DNA from: Octopus sinensis
Lineage: Eukaryota
Length of the DNA stretch: 64,000 nt
Direction: 5' to 3'
Assembly (NCBI RefSeq): GCF_006345805.1
Contig: NC_043014.1
Location: forward strand, 38,626,001 to 38,690,000
In this document: one piece after another, positions 36,880-48,335 of the stretch
Position numbering within the stretch: the first letter of the stretch is position 1
Layout: each line of letters opens with the position of its first letter
The notes under the pieces: model-generated
Told to the model about the DNA's origin: nothing
Database searches by the model: none
The model's input: only the letters and a program-made list of their open reading frames with translations
Position numbers and translations under genes: made by a program

Positions 36880-37435
36880 GAGTGGTGGGGGTGGAAGAGG
36901 GGGAGGGGAGGTGGTGGTGGAGGAGGAGGAGGAAGAAGAAGAGGAAAAGGAGGAAGAAGAACAGGAGGAAGAAGATGAGGAGGAAGAAGATGATGAGGAG
37001 GGAGAAGATGAGGAAGAAGAGGAGGAGGAAGAAGAAGAAGAGGAGGAGGAAGAAGACGAGGAAGAAGAGGAGGAGGAAGAAGAAGAGGAGGAAGAAGAAG
37101 AGGAGGAAGAAGAAGAAGAGGAAGAAGAAGAGGAGAAGAGGAAGAAGAAGAAGAAGAGGAGGAAGAAGAAGAGAAGAAGAGGAAGAAGAAGAAGAAGAGG
37201 AGGAAGAAGAAGAGGAAGAAGAGGAAGAAGAAGAAGAGGAGGAAGAAGAAGAAGAGGAGAAGAGGAAGAAGAAGAGGAGGAAGAAGAAGAAGAAGAGGAG
37301 GAAGAAGAGGAGGAGAAGGAAGAAGAAGAAGAGGAGGAAGAAGAGGAGGAGGAAGAAGAAGAGGAGGAAGAAGAGAGGAGGAGAAGAAGAAGAAGAAGAG
37401 GAGGTGGTGGTGGTGGTGGTGGTGGTGGCGGCGGC
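36880..37435 (+). repeat. About 550-bp polypurine (GAA/GAG)n tract ending in (GGT)n
   Basis: Direct reading. Confidence 0.97.
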
Positions 37436-38419
37436 AGTTGAAATCCTATTTTGGCGAAAGATTGAAAGACTCAGTGTGCGTTTTGAATTTACAAAAATAT
37501 GTTCCAAAGATAAAAAAAAAAACCATCTTAATATCTGAGAAATAAAAAAAAAAAAAATAAAAAACCAAGATTCAGCTAAAGGATTTTTGCCCCCCCCCCC
37601 CCACCGCCTTCTCTCCATTCTTATATATATAAGAAACAAACAAAAGAACACGCATACACAAACACATGTACAAACATATAAAACACATATTTACTCCAAC
37701 AGGCTGTGTAGCATCTTCCCTACATGTCTTCATACTAGTTGCGTCCTCTCTCTTTTCTTCTACCACCAACTGTTTTATCTCCTGTGACTGCTGCCCACAC
37801 TGAAGCTCCGCAACTAACAGTACTATTATTAGTATTTACAAGCACTGGCTCTTGTCTATTTTTGATAATTCCATGTTTATCATCTGCAAACCACAAAATC
37901 AGTGCAAGAAAGGCAACAGGGGTTAAGTAGTTCGTTTTGCAAATACATGTCTCCCAGGTTCAATCTCACCTCATAGCATCTTTAACTCGCACACATTTCT
38001 TTTTTCTTTTTTTCCTCTTCATTTTTTTCTCTCTCCTCATCTAACCTTTATGTAGCAGAGCATAGGTGCAAAATGTTGAAGACTTCTTCCATTTTTCCTG
38101 CGCATCATCTCAATACACCCTATCTTATTTCTTTACTGCCCACAAGGGGCTACACACAGAGGGGACAAACAAAGACAGACAAATGGATTACATCGATTAT
38201 ATTGACCCCATTGCCTAACTGGTATTTATTTAATCGACCCCGAAAGGATGAAAGGCAAAGTCAACCTCGGTGGAATTTGAACTCAGAACGTAGCAGCTGA
38301 GGAAATATTGCTAGGCATTTCGCCCAGCGTGCTAACATTTCTGCCAGCCAGCCACCTTCAATATACCTTATCTGTTGATCTTTCACCTCATCTTCATGTT
38401 GTTTTATTTTTTTATTGCT

Positions 38420-38568
38420 GTGTGATAAGGAGCTTTCTTCCCAACCACATGGTTCCAGGTTCAGTCCCATTGCATAGCACCTTGGGCAAGTGTCTTCTAC
38501 TATAGTCTCAGGATCAACCAAAGCCTTGTGAATTGGTAGATGGAAACTAAAAGAAGCTCATCGTAGAA

Positions 38569-38607
<39 letters not shown>

Positions 38608-39069
38608 CATGTGTGTATCTGTGTTTGTCCTCCCACCATATCTTGACAACTGATGTTGGTGTTTACGTCCCCATAACTTAGCAGTTCGGCAAAAGAGACC
38701 AATAGAATAAGTACAAGGTTTACAAAGAATGAGTCCTGGGGTCGATTAACTTCAACTAGAGGCAGTGCTACAGCTTGGCCACAGTCAATTGACTGAAACA
38801 AGTAATAAAAAAAAAGAGTAAGACCAATGGCTGTCAACTTGGGTCCATATAACCTTTAAGGGTCCATTTAAAATTTTGTTGTTTAAATTCATGTGCAATA
38901 AATTTTACTCTTTTACTTGTTTCACTCATTTGACTGTGGCCATGCTGGAGCACTGCCTTTAGTCGTACAAATTGACTAGTACTTATTCTATCAGTCTCTT
39001 TTTACAGGGGACGTAAACACACCAGCATCAAGCGATGTTGGGGGGACAAACACAGACACACAAAGATAT

Positions 39070-39111
<42 letters not shown>

Positions 39112-39275
39112 GACAGGCTTCTTTCAGTTTCTGTCTACCAAATCCACTCACAAGGCTTTGGTCGGCCTGAGGCTATAGTAGAAAACACTTTTGCAAGGTG
39201 TCACGCAGTAGGACTGAACCCGGAACCATGTGGTTGATAAGTAAGCTTCTTACCACACAGCCGCTCCTATGCCTA
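38420..39275. mobile_element. Tail-to-tail inverted pair of SINE A copies
   Basis: + copy 38420-38812 and - copy 38905-39275. Confidence 0.82.
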
Positions 39276-39589
39276 TATCTTTAAAAATGAATTCAAAATT
39301 TAAGTGAAGTGCCTAGTTTAAAATGTTCTATTTTCTAAGAAAAATCATGCCCCCCCCCTTTCCCATCCCACCCTGGCAAAAATACGCAGAATCTCCTACA
39401 GCACTTTTTTTACATTTGCTGCTCTCGCATGTGCTTCCCCCACCCCCACCCATCGCCAGGGCAACAGCTATTTACCCAGGTTAAGAAGCAATGATCTGCA
39501 CAATCTGTTTCACTCTGCAGGTGTTCAATGCCATGCCAATGGGAACCACCGTTTGGTACGTTAGCACTCAGTCCATAGAATAATTAACT

Positions 39590-40410
39590 TTTGTGTGTGT
39601 GTGTGTGTATGCGTGTGTGCAGGGGTGTGTGTGCAGGGGTGTGTGTGTGTGTGTGTGTATGCGTGTGTGCATGGGTGTGTGTGTGTGTGCATGACTGTGC
39701 ATGAGTGTATGTGTGTGTATGTGTGTGAATGACTGTATGTGTGTGCATGACTGCGTGTGCATGAGTGTATGTGTGTGTATGACTGTGTATGCGTGTGCAT
39801 GACTGTGCATGGGTGTGTGTGTGTGTGTGCATGACTGTGCATGGGTGTATGTGTGTGTGTATGACTGTGCATGAGTGTGTGTTAGCGTCTATGTATGTGT
39901 GTGCATGAGTGCATACATGATTGCATATGTGTGTGTGTGCATAAGTGTATGCGTATGAATGTAGTGTGTGCATGCATGAGCATCTGTGTGTATGTGTGCA
40001 TAAGTGTGTGTTAGTGTCCATGTATGCGTGTGCACGAGTGCATGCATGAATGCATGTGTGTGCATAAATTTATGCATATGAACATAGTATGTGCATGAGT
40101 ATCTGTGTGCATGAGTGTGTGCATGAGTGTGTGTGTGTGTTCATAAGTGTGTGTGTGTGTTCATGAGTGTGTGTGTGTGTGTGCATGTGTGTGCATGAGT
40201 GTGTGTGTGTGTTCATAAGTGTGTGTGTGTGTTCATGAGTGTGTGTGTGTGTGTGCATGAGTGTGTGTGTGTGTGCACGCATGTGCATCAGTGTATGTAT
40301 GTATGTATGTATGTGTGTGTGTGTGCAAGAGTGCTTATGTGCATGCATGTGTATGTGTGTGCATGCAATCATGCATACAAGTGTATGTTCACACACACAC
40401 AAACACACAC
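39590..40410. repeat. Compound (TG)n / GTGCATGA-type microsatellite
   Basis: Direct reading. Confidence 0.93.
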
Positions 40411-40539
40411 ATATGTGGGTTGGGAGAATTGGTCTTGTAGTCAAGATAACTTAAAATGAAGTGGTGATTGTTGTTGCTGCTGTTGTTGTTTCTTGTGGCT
40501 AGCTGACATAATCGTTAGCACTACAGGCAAAATGCTTAT

Positions 40540-40985
40540 TTTTATTTTATCTAGCTTAAGCTCACGAGCTGTGGCCATGCTGGGGCACCACCATTTGGTG
40601 TTGCTATATGATTTTACTTCATGAATGCTTTTTAGCAATTGCCATTTGGTGCACGAGAGAGTTCGATGCAGCTGCCCTCATCTGCACCTCCTACCGTGAA
40701 GTTTGTTCATCTGGGACACCCGACAGGAAGAGATCCAGTTTTATTTTAAAGACATCTGCATCCACCCCATGCAGGTCTCTCAGGTTCTTCGGGAGGATAT
40801 TGAAGAGCTGTGGGCCTCTGAAGCCCAGGCTATCACAGTATCTTGTCCTACATCTTGATGGCAAATTTGGAGTCCTTGGCACTATGCAGTGGCTCCCAGT
40901 TCTAGTATTTGTGTAACTCTCGATGCCAAAGTTTGGGACAAGTCCTTCTAGGATCTTCCAGATGTATATTAGCAGTATTTCACCC
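40540..40985 (-). mobile_element. CR1-group LINE 3' end (RT C-terminus plus UTR)
   Basis: IYIWKILEGLVPNFG...SLGFRGPQLFNILPKNLR...FKIKLDLFLSGVPDE...RAAASNSL; short UTR ending in (TAAAA)n. Confidence 0.85.
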
Positions 40986-41994
40986 GTCGCTATGTTCTGA
41001 GTTCAAATTCCACTGAGGTCAGCTTTGTCTTTCATCCTTTCAAGATCGATAAATTAAGTACCAGAGAAACACTGGGGTCCATGTGACCAATTATACCCCT
41101 TCCACCGAATTTCGGGCCTTGTACCCTATAGCAGAAAGGATTATAGTTGTGTCCTGCTCCCCACCTTACCAAGTCAGCACTAGTCCTCAAACAGAATTAT
41201 GATCAAAAGTATTCCAGCTATGACCATCCTGTCATTTTCTCATAAGGACCTCACTACACAAAATTCCTTTTAAAATGGTTAGGTAATGGGGCAATTTATA
41301 GGAGACTTGGTAGTTATTTCTAGCAGTTAGAAAGACCATGTACATGTTCCCTCGTTGGTTTGTTTAGAGTCAGGATTTTTCATATTATAATCATACAGTC
41401 AACTCATAAGAACATGAAAACAAGAAACGGTTGTTTGGGGTTTTTTTTTTTGTAAATCTGAGAAATATTTTTGTCATAATTGCTTAGCTCCAGGTAAGCT
41501 CTAAGTCAAGTAGAACTGTGATCAAAAGTTTTTCCAGCTGAGAACATCCCACCTTTCATTTCAGGAATAATATCCTTTCTACTATAAGCACAAGGCCTGA
41601 AACTTGGAGGAGGGGACTAGTCTGTTACATCAACCCCAGTGTTTCAGAGGTACTTAATTTATTGACCCCGAAAGGATGAAAGGCAAAGCTGACCTCGGTG
41701 GAATTTGAACCCAGAATGTAGCGTTGAGCAAAATACTGCTAAGCATTTCGTCCAGCGTACAAACAATTCTGCCTGCTCACATGGTATCAAAATATATTTT
41801 TCAGATTATACATTAATTGATGTGTACCCTCTTTCTTATTTTTGTCCCCCCCCCTTTTTTTTCAAAGTCAGAAGACGAAGGTTGACGTACTTAGTCTTCT
41901 GGGAAATTTGGCTGCTATTTTTAGAAGCTTAAGCAATCAATGTAGAGACTGTTGTTTATGATGATGATGTCAATGGTAATGGCAACAAGAGCAT

Positions 41995-42033
41995 CATGGT
42001 GATGGTATCAGCAGTGATAGTGGTGGTTGGTGG

Positions 42034-42064
<31 letters not shown>

Positions 42065-42660
42065 GCTGGTGGTTGTTGGTGGTGGTTGGTGGTGGTGGTG
42101 GTTGGTGGTGATGCTGGTGGTTGGTGGTGGTGGTTGGTGGTGGTGGTGGTTGGTGGTGGTGGTGATTGGTGGTGATGCTGGTGGTGGTGGTGGTGGCTGG
42201 TGGTGGTGGTGGTTGGTGGTGGTGGTGGTGGTTGGTGGTGGGTGGTTGGTGGTGGTGGTGGTTGGTGGTGGTGGTGGTTGGTGGTGGTGCTGGTGGTGGT
42301 GGTGGTGGCTGGTGGTGGTGGTGATGCTGGTGGTGGTGGTGGTGGCTGGTGGTGGTGGTGGTGGTTGGTGGTGGTGGTTGGTGGTGGTTGGTGGTGGTGG
42401 TTGGTGGTGGTGGTGGTTGGTGGTGGTGGTGGTTGGTGGTGGTGGTGGTTGGTGGTGGTGGTTGGTGGTGGTGGTGGTGGTTGGTGGTTGGTGGGGTGGT
42501 TGGTGGTGGTGGTTGGTGGTGGTGGTTGGTGGTGGTGGTTGGTGGTGGTGGTGGTGGTGATTGGTGGTGATGCTGGTGGTGGTGGTGGTGGCTGGTGGTG
42601 GTGGTGGTTGGTGGTGGTGGTTGGTGGTGGTTGGTGGTGGTTGGTGGTGGTGGTGGTGGT
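41995..42660 (+). repeat. About 660-bp (GGT)n-derived tract
   Basis: Direct reading; GGTGGTGGTT and GATGCT variants. Confidence 0.97.
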
Positions 42661-42850
42661 AAATTTGATGACTAGTGATAATCCCAGATACATTATGTAT
42701 GAATATTAAAATCTATAAAAATTACAAGATTGTCTCCACATATTTAGATTTTTTTAAAAATCTTTTTACTTGTTGCAGTCATTGGATAGCAGCCATGCTG
42801 GAATACAGTCTTGGAGGATTTAGTGAAACAAATCAACACCAGTATTTATA

Positions 42851-43206
42851 CAGTTCTATATTTAAGAGATGAGGAATTATGTACATTACTTACATTATTT
42901 ACATTTGACAGATATTTGTCCTCATCTTGTTTGTTGTTAACACGTTTCGGCTGATATACCCTCCAGCCTTTTTCAGGTGTCTTGGAGAAATTTCGAACCT
43001 GGGCTCTCACTCCTAAGGTATTTTTCGATGTTGTTATTATTATGATTATAATTATTATTGTCATTGTTCAGGTTCCTGCTTGGAATCGAACTCAGAATCT
43101 TGGGGTTAGTAGCCCGCACTCTCAAACACTACGCCATATGCCCATGGGCATATGTTAACAATAAACAAGATGAGGACAAATATCCATCGAATGTAAATAA
43201 TGTACA
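42851..43206 (-). mobile_element. tRNA-headed, hammerhead-containing fold-back element
   Basis: A box 43136-43125, B box 43093-43082, HHR-like motif 42980-42939, 20-bp palindrome 43135-43154, inverted copy of the tail at 43154-43206. Confidence 0.7.
42939..42980 (-). ncRNA. Decayed minimal type-I hammerhead ribozyme motif
   Basis: ACAC-CUGAAAA-A-GGCUG-gaggguauau-CAGCC-GAAAC-GUGU. Stems I and II are intact; G8 is changed to A and the NUH triplet is missing. Confidence 0.65.
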
Positions 43207-43440
43207 AGTATTTATTATTTGTTAATGACTGGTACTTATTCCATTGGTCTCTTTTGCCAAACAACTAAGCTGCTGGGATGTAAACAAACCAACACTGGTT
43301 GCCAAGTAGTGGTTGGACAAACATAAACACATACACAACAACAGGGTTCAACATAGTTTCTGTTTACCAAATTTGCTCACAAAGCATTTGTCTGTCTGGG
43401 GCTATAGTAGAAGTCAACTGCCCAAGGTGCAGCACAGTGG

Positions 43441-43752
43441 AGGCGCCATCCAACCAAAATGCAAAAATATGGGAAACTACCACCTGTGTCATCTCTTGTG
43501 AAAGGTAGAAGAGTCCAGTTTGCTGGACATTGTTGTAGAGCTGAAAAAGAGGTAATTTCTACTCTTCTCCTCTGGAAGCCATCTACTCGCAATACCAGAG
43601 GGCGCACACTCTCCTACCCTGATGTAATCTCCAGGGATACAGGCATCCAGCAACAGGACCTCCATAATGCTATGATGGACCGTGAAGTCTGGCGTAGCAT
43701 GGTAAATTCCATTGTCTCGACCACGGTTGAACAATGATGATGATGATGATGT
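43441..43752 (+). mobile_element. 5'-truncated RTE-clade LINE 3' end nested in a SINE A
   Basis: KYGKLPPVSSLVKGRRVQFAGHC...MMDREVWRSMV, stop, then (GAT)n. SINE A halves at 43230-43440 and 43753-43810. Confidence 0.82.
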
Positions 43753-43916
43753 GGGTGTGAACCCCAAACTATGTGGTTGCAAAGAGTGCTTTTTAACCAC
43801 ATAGCCACGTCTCCAAGAAAAAAAAGAGAAAAAGAGAGAGAGAGACAAAGGTACAGGATGGTCAGCACATCTTTAAGTATCGATAGATCTGCTAGAACAA
43901 AGCTAACTTGGGTTAA

Positions 43917-44224
43917 CCCCTTACCCAACAATTATTTTGAAAATAAATGTATTTTTTCAGACATATTTTTTAATTGTTTTATTTTACTATGTTTTGAATG
44001 GTGATTTCGAGGTATATTTCAAACCTTATTTATTATGAATTTTAATTCAATAATATTGATTTTAAATTACCGCTTTGGGCAGAAACGAGTTAACCCGTTT
44101 TTAGACGAAGGAACTCGTTTGCTGTCGATTTTGGCGAGACTATCTTTTGACGAGTTAACTCGCCAGAGATAGAAAAAAACGATTTCGGTCAAAACGCATA
44201 TATTCGTTTCTGCCGGGTAAGGGG
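43917..44224. mobile_element. piggyBac-like MITE 120 bp into intron 1
   Basis: TTAA-CCCCTTACCC...GGGTAAGGGG-TTAA; perfect 10-bp TIR; internal inverted GGCAGAAACGA. Confidence 0.8.
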
Positions 44225-44343
44225 TTAAGCAACAAAAGCAATGACAACAACATCAACAACAAAACTGTATATTTCAAAAAAAAAAAAAAAAAAAAAGAAA
44301 AAAAGAGAGAATGATTGTCAATGAACAAGAAAAAATCATTTAC

Positions 44344-44614
44344 CTTCATCAACGTCATTACGAGCGGCAGCCTCCAATAATTTAATATTATCAGCAAAAT
44401 CCACACCTCTCTTGTTGTAAGTTCTTGTCAATTTCTTAGAACTACTGTAGCTATTTGGTTTCCTTTTCTTGGCAAATTCTTTATCCAGTTTCTTCTCATA
44501 TCGTCGATATTGTTTCAATTGGTGAGCACGTCTTTTTCTAGCGTGGACCAGTCTTTCAACAGGAGACATTTTCTCCACAACAGCAATTTCGGCGACTAAG
44601 TCGTAATGCTCCAT
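44344..44614 (-). CDS. PPP1R16A: First coding exon of PP1 regulatory subunit 16A/16B family gene (MYPT3/TIMAP/MYPT-75D-like)
   Basis: MEHYDLVAEIAVVEKMSPVERLVHARKRRAHQLK...KRGVDFADNIKLLEAAARNDVDE matches the family N-terminus (ERL.HA.KRR..Q, RVxF motif, LLEAAARND). Good start context ttcaaaATGG. Ends G|GTAAAT donor, phase 1 (271 nt). A vs B paralog cannot be assigned. Confidence 0.92.
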
Positions 44615-45376
44615 TTTGAAGGTTTTTTTTTAATTATCGCACTCAACTTAATATATATATATGTGTGTGTGTGTGTATATTGGCAATATTAATAGATATA
44701 AATTGTGATAAATAACATTGATAACAATTTCTGTTTATTTCGTTTTTCTTCCTTTCTGTTTCTTAACAGTATCAAATTAGATTTAAATAACAAAAAATAC
44801 GATTTATTTAAATTTTAATAATTTCTCTAAAATCTTTGATAACCAGTTAGTTAGCTGATACATAAGCCATCCATTTCAGTTAACAAAAGGTTCAAATATA
44901 GAATATCAAGAAAATATATATATGTATATTAATATAATATAATATATAATATCTAAATAATATACACAATATATATCAATATATTAATATATGAATGTAT
45001 ATACTAATATATTAATATATATATATTTATATATATTAACATATATTTATGTATATATATATATATTAATATATATTATTTTAAAAGTAAGATTCATCCA
45101 GAGAATATTTAAGGCATTGGTATTCCATGTCTGCAGAAAATAGTATTTTTCTCCAATGTAGAGCCATCTAATTGGTTAAGTTTCATTTCATAAGAACAAG
45201 ATCTGCAAAGAAAGAAAAGAGACGTAAGGTTATCATCATCATTATTATATGCATCATTGTACTCTTCATCAACAATATTATTATCATTATTACTTCTACA
45301 CAAAGGCAGTGAGCTGCCAAAATTGTTACCATGCTGAGCAAAATGCTTGGTGGTATTTTATTTGGTATTTATATAT

Positions 45377-45900
45377 AAGGCGGCGAGCTGGCAGAAACGT
45401 TAGCACACCGGGCGAAATGCTTAGCAGTATTTCGTCTGCCGCTACATTCTGAGTTCAAATTCTGCCAAGGTCAACTTTGCCTTTCATCCTTTCGGGGTCG
45501 ATTAAATGAGTACCAGCTACGCACTGGAGTCGATATAATCAATTTAATCCGTTTGTCTGTCCTTGTTTGTCCTCTCTGTGATTAGCCCCTTGTGGGTAGT
45601 AAAGAAATAGGTATTTTGTCTGCCGCTATGTTCTGAGTTCAAATTCCGCCGAGGTCGACTTTGCCTTTCATCCTTTCGGAGTCGATTAAATAAGTACCAG
45701 TTACGCACTGGGGTTGATGTAATCGACTTAATCCGTTTGTCTGTCCTTCTTTGTCCCACTGTGTTTAGCCCCTTGTGGGTAGTAAAAGAAATAGGTATTT
45801 TATCTGTCTGAACATTCAGAGCTCAAATTCCACCACTGTCAACTTTGCCTTTCATCCTTGGGTCAATAAAACAAGTACCAGTTGAGCATGGAGGTGGGGT
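45377..45900 (+). mobile_element. SINE family B trimer
   Basis: One head followed by three modules; junctions AAAGAAATA|GGTATTT at about 45610 and 45790. Confidence 0.88.
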
Positions 45901-46244
45901 TTGATGCAACGCTGGATAAACCATTAAGTAAAATAAGCACATGCTTAGGGTATCAAAATAAAGGCGGGCACCACAGAAATGGTAAATGGTTGACGGTAAA
46001 AAGAAATCACTTAAACCTGCTAAAAAAACATTCAAAGTGGTTTATATGATTGGAAATATAATTTCAAAGTGTTCATGATGTCAGAGTGAAAGATTTCATC
46101 AAGTATTTTTCATATATAAATAAAATAGAAGTATAGAAAAATAAACATAATTTTCCATTTTACTGTTAGTCTTGTTTAATTTTGAGCAGTAAAAGTTTAT
46201 TTTTTGACTCATTATTATTTATATTTTGCATTACATATACATTG

Positions 46245-46530
46245 TGAAGGCACAAGGCTCAGTGATTAAAGCATCGAGCTTACGATCATGAGGTTGTGAG
46301 CTCGAATCCCGGACTGGGCTACGTGTTGTGTTCTTGAGCAAGACACTTTATTTCACGTTGCTCCAGTTCACTCAGCTGTAGAGTTGCGACATCACAGGTG
46401 CCAAGCTGTATCAGCTGTTGCCTTTCCCTTGGACAACATCGGTGATGTGGAGAGGAGAGACTTGTGCCTGGGAAGGGTAACTTTCTAGGTGCAATCCCAT
46501 GGTCTGTGTCGTGACCGAAGGGGGTCTCAG
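46245..46530 (+). mobile_element. tRNA-derived SINE (head H2 + tail T3)
   Basis: B-box like GAGCTCGAATCCC; shares TTGAGCAAGACACTTTATTTCACGTTGCTCCAGT with the 5060-5385 copy. Confidence 0.78.
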
Positions 46531-47586
46531 ATACATAGGAATACCAAAATCTTTTCAGTACTTAGGGCCTCTATAATTTTTGATCCCTCCCTAGGGCGAT
46601 GTAATCAACTTACCCTTCTTCCAAAATGACTGGTACCAAAAGTGGAAACTATAATTACTGTCTACCAATTTTTATAGTCCTTTATAGTGTTCTTAAAAAA
46701 GCGGTTGTCAAATTGGTGAATAATATTGCCTCTCGTTGCACATTTCTGAGAAACCTATCACCAATTTACTGCTTTTCTAATAAAGTGGTTAACAAGGGAG
46801 TGTATGTAACACAGTGTAGGACAAATATTGCGTTGAAGAACACCATTTCTTCAATTTTCTTACTGCTACATATACACAAACATCAAAAGTTAATTATTCT
46901 ATAGATTGAATGCTAACATACCAAATGGTGGTTCCCATTGGCATGATATTGAACACCTGCAGAGTGAAACTGACCGTGCAGTTCATTGTTTCTTAACATG
47001 GATAGATTGCTGTTGCCTTGGCGAAGGGGCCGGGAAGAATACGTGTGAACAGGAATTGTAAAGAAAGTACTACAGAAGCATAAAACACACACACACACAC
47101 ACACACATGTAAGGGTAAGTGTGGTTGTGTAGATACAGAGCTTGCTTTGTAAGCGACCAATTTTTAGATTCTTATCTGTGTGTGTATGCATGTGTGTACA
47201 CGCTAACTTGAACAGGTATCTTTTGCTATATCTTTGGGCTAACACTTACAAGTAAAATTGGAAGATGAAAATTGTGTGGAAGCCTGCAGTGTGTGTGTGT
47301 GTGTGTGTGTGTGCATGTGAATGTTAGCATTTTATGCCTTCATATGAAACCACCCAAGCCAAAAATGGTGACATAGCATTTAAGTTTCCTGTAAACACTA
47401 TGTCCTGTAGCTCAGAGCTTTTGATGATTTATAGAATATCTTACTTGAAAAAAGATAAGGATTAGAAACAGGAGGGGCATCTCACCAATACATTACACTA
47501 CCTCAAATAAATATTCTTTCCAGTATGGAAAAATGGCCATAAAAACAAATGAATAAACATATATATATATATATGAGTGGCACATC

Positions 47587-47619
<33 letters not shown>

Positions 47620-47622
<3 letters not shown>

Positions 47623-47815
47623 AGAGTTTACGAAAAAAAACAACAACAGACGAAGACAGGTAGTGTACAAAACATATAGATGTATTAGTATAACGCTCAG
47701 GAACAGAAAAAGTCTTTTACGTTTCGAGCCTATGCTCTTCTACAGAAAGGACACAGAAAACAAGGAGAGAAAAAAAATGTGTGTAGTGGCTAACGATCTA
47801 TCATGGCGTCTGAGT
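47620..47815 (-). mobile_element. Penelope-like pLTR-type fragment in (TA)n
   Basis: About 200 bp, (TA)n on both sides, carries an HHR motif; same layout as 63121-63330. Confidence 0.6.
47714..47749 (-). ncRNA. Minimal type-I hammerhead ribozyme, one core substitution
   Basis: CUUU-CUGUAGA-A-GAGC-auag-GCUC-GAAAC-GUA-AAAG; A6 is changed to U. Confidence 0.78.
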
Positions 47816-47821
47816 GTGTAG

Positions 47822-47884
<63 letters not shown>

Positions 47885-48170
47885 CAAGCCTGTCAATATA
47901 AATATTCTCCTGAATTGAACTGAGACTGCCAGCCGCCACTGACCATTCAAAAACGACCATCAGGGCACTCCCAGATTCTCCCACCCCCCTTTCCTCACCA
48001 GCCTTCCCTCTACTACCCTACCAAGAACTCACAACTACCTCGAACACACAAGTGCAAACAAGGGAGTCAGAGAAAGGCAGAATGCCACTTAAATCTGAAC
48101 ACTACTATAGAAATATTCTTTTAAAAAAACTTTTCTTCTAATTTTTCTAAATTTAATTATTTAATCGTTA

Positions 48171-48208
48171 CAGTTGAAAAGGTCTCAAAATGACCGAAAC
48201 CGGTACTG
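48171..48208 (+). ncRNA. Decayed minimal hammerhead motif
   Basis: CAG-UUGAAAA-GGUC-ucaaaau-GACC-GAAACCGGUA-CUG; palindromic ACCGGU stem III; two core substitutions. Confidence 0.55.
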
Positions 48209-48295
48209 AAATGTTCACTATAAAATTATTTTAGCATTTTCTATTTTTTACTTGTTTTTTCATATATATCAACTCGTGTGTCCCTTTTCACCCTT

Positions 48296-48333
<38 letters not shown>

Positions 48334-48335
48334 TC

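Larger units (their letters stand above)
13650..44343 (-). other. Intron 1 of PPP1R16 gene (30,694 bp, GT-AG, phase 1)
   Basis: Bounded by the two exons above with matching phase; no intervening ankyrin-coding exon is needed. Confidence 0.85.

Noticed and set aside
36833-37651. Poly-Glu/Arg/Lys/Phe ORFs, and similar ones at 42.0-42.7, 51.5-53.1, 54.0-54.3 and 58.9-59.3 kb
   Set aside because: Microsatellite translation artefacts.
37700-37885. Minus-strand acceptor followed by a 49-codon frame (DDKHGIIKNRQEP...)
   Set aside because: Ends in a stop, no family similarity, and exons 1 and 2 already join in frame.
44615-45100. Promoter or TSS of the PPP1R16 gene
   Set aside because: Only AT-rich low complexity is visible; no supportable core promoter or upstream acceptor can be assigned without transcript data.
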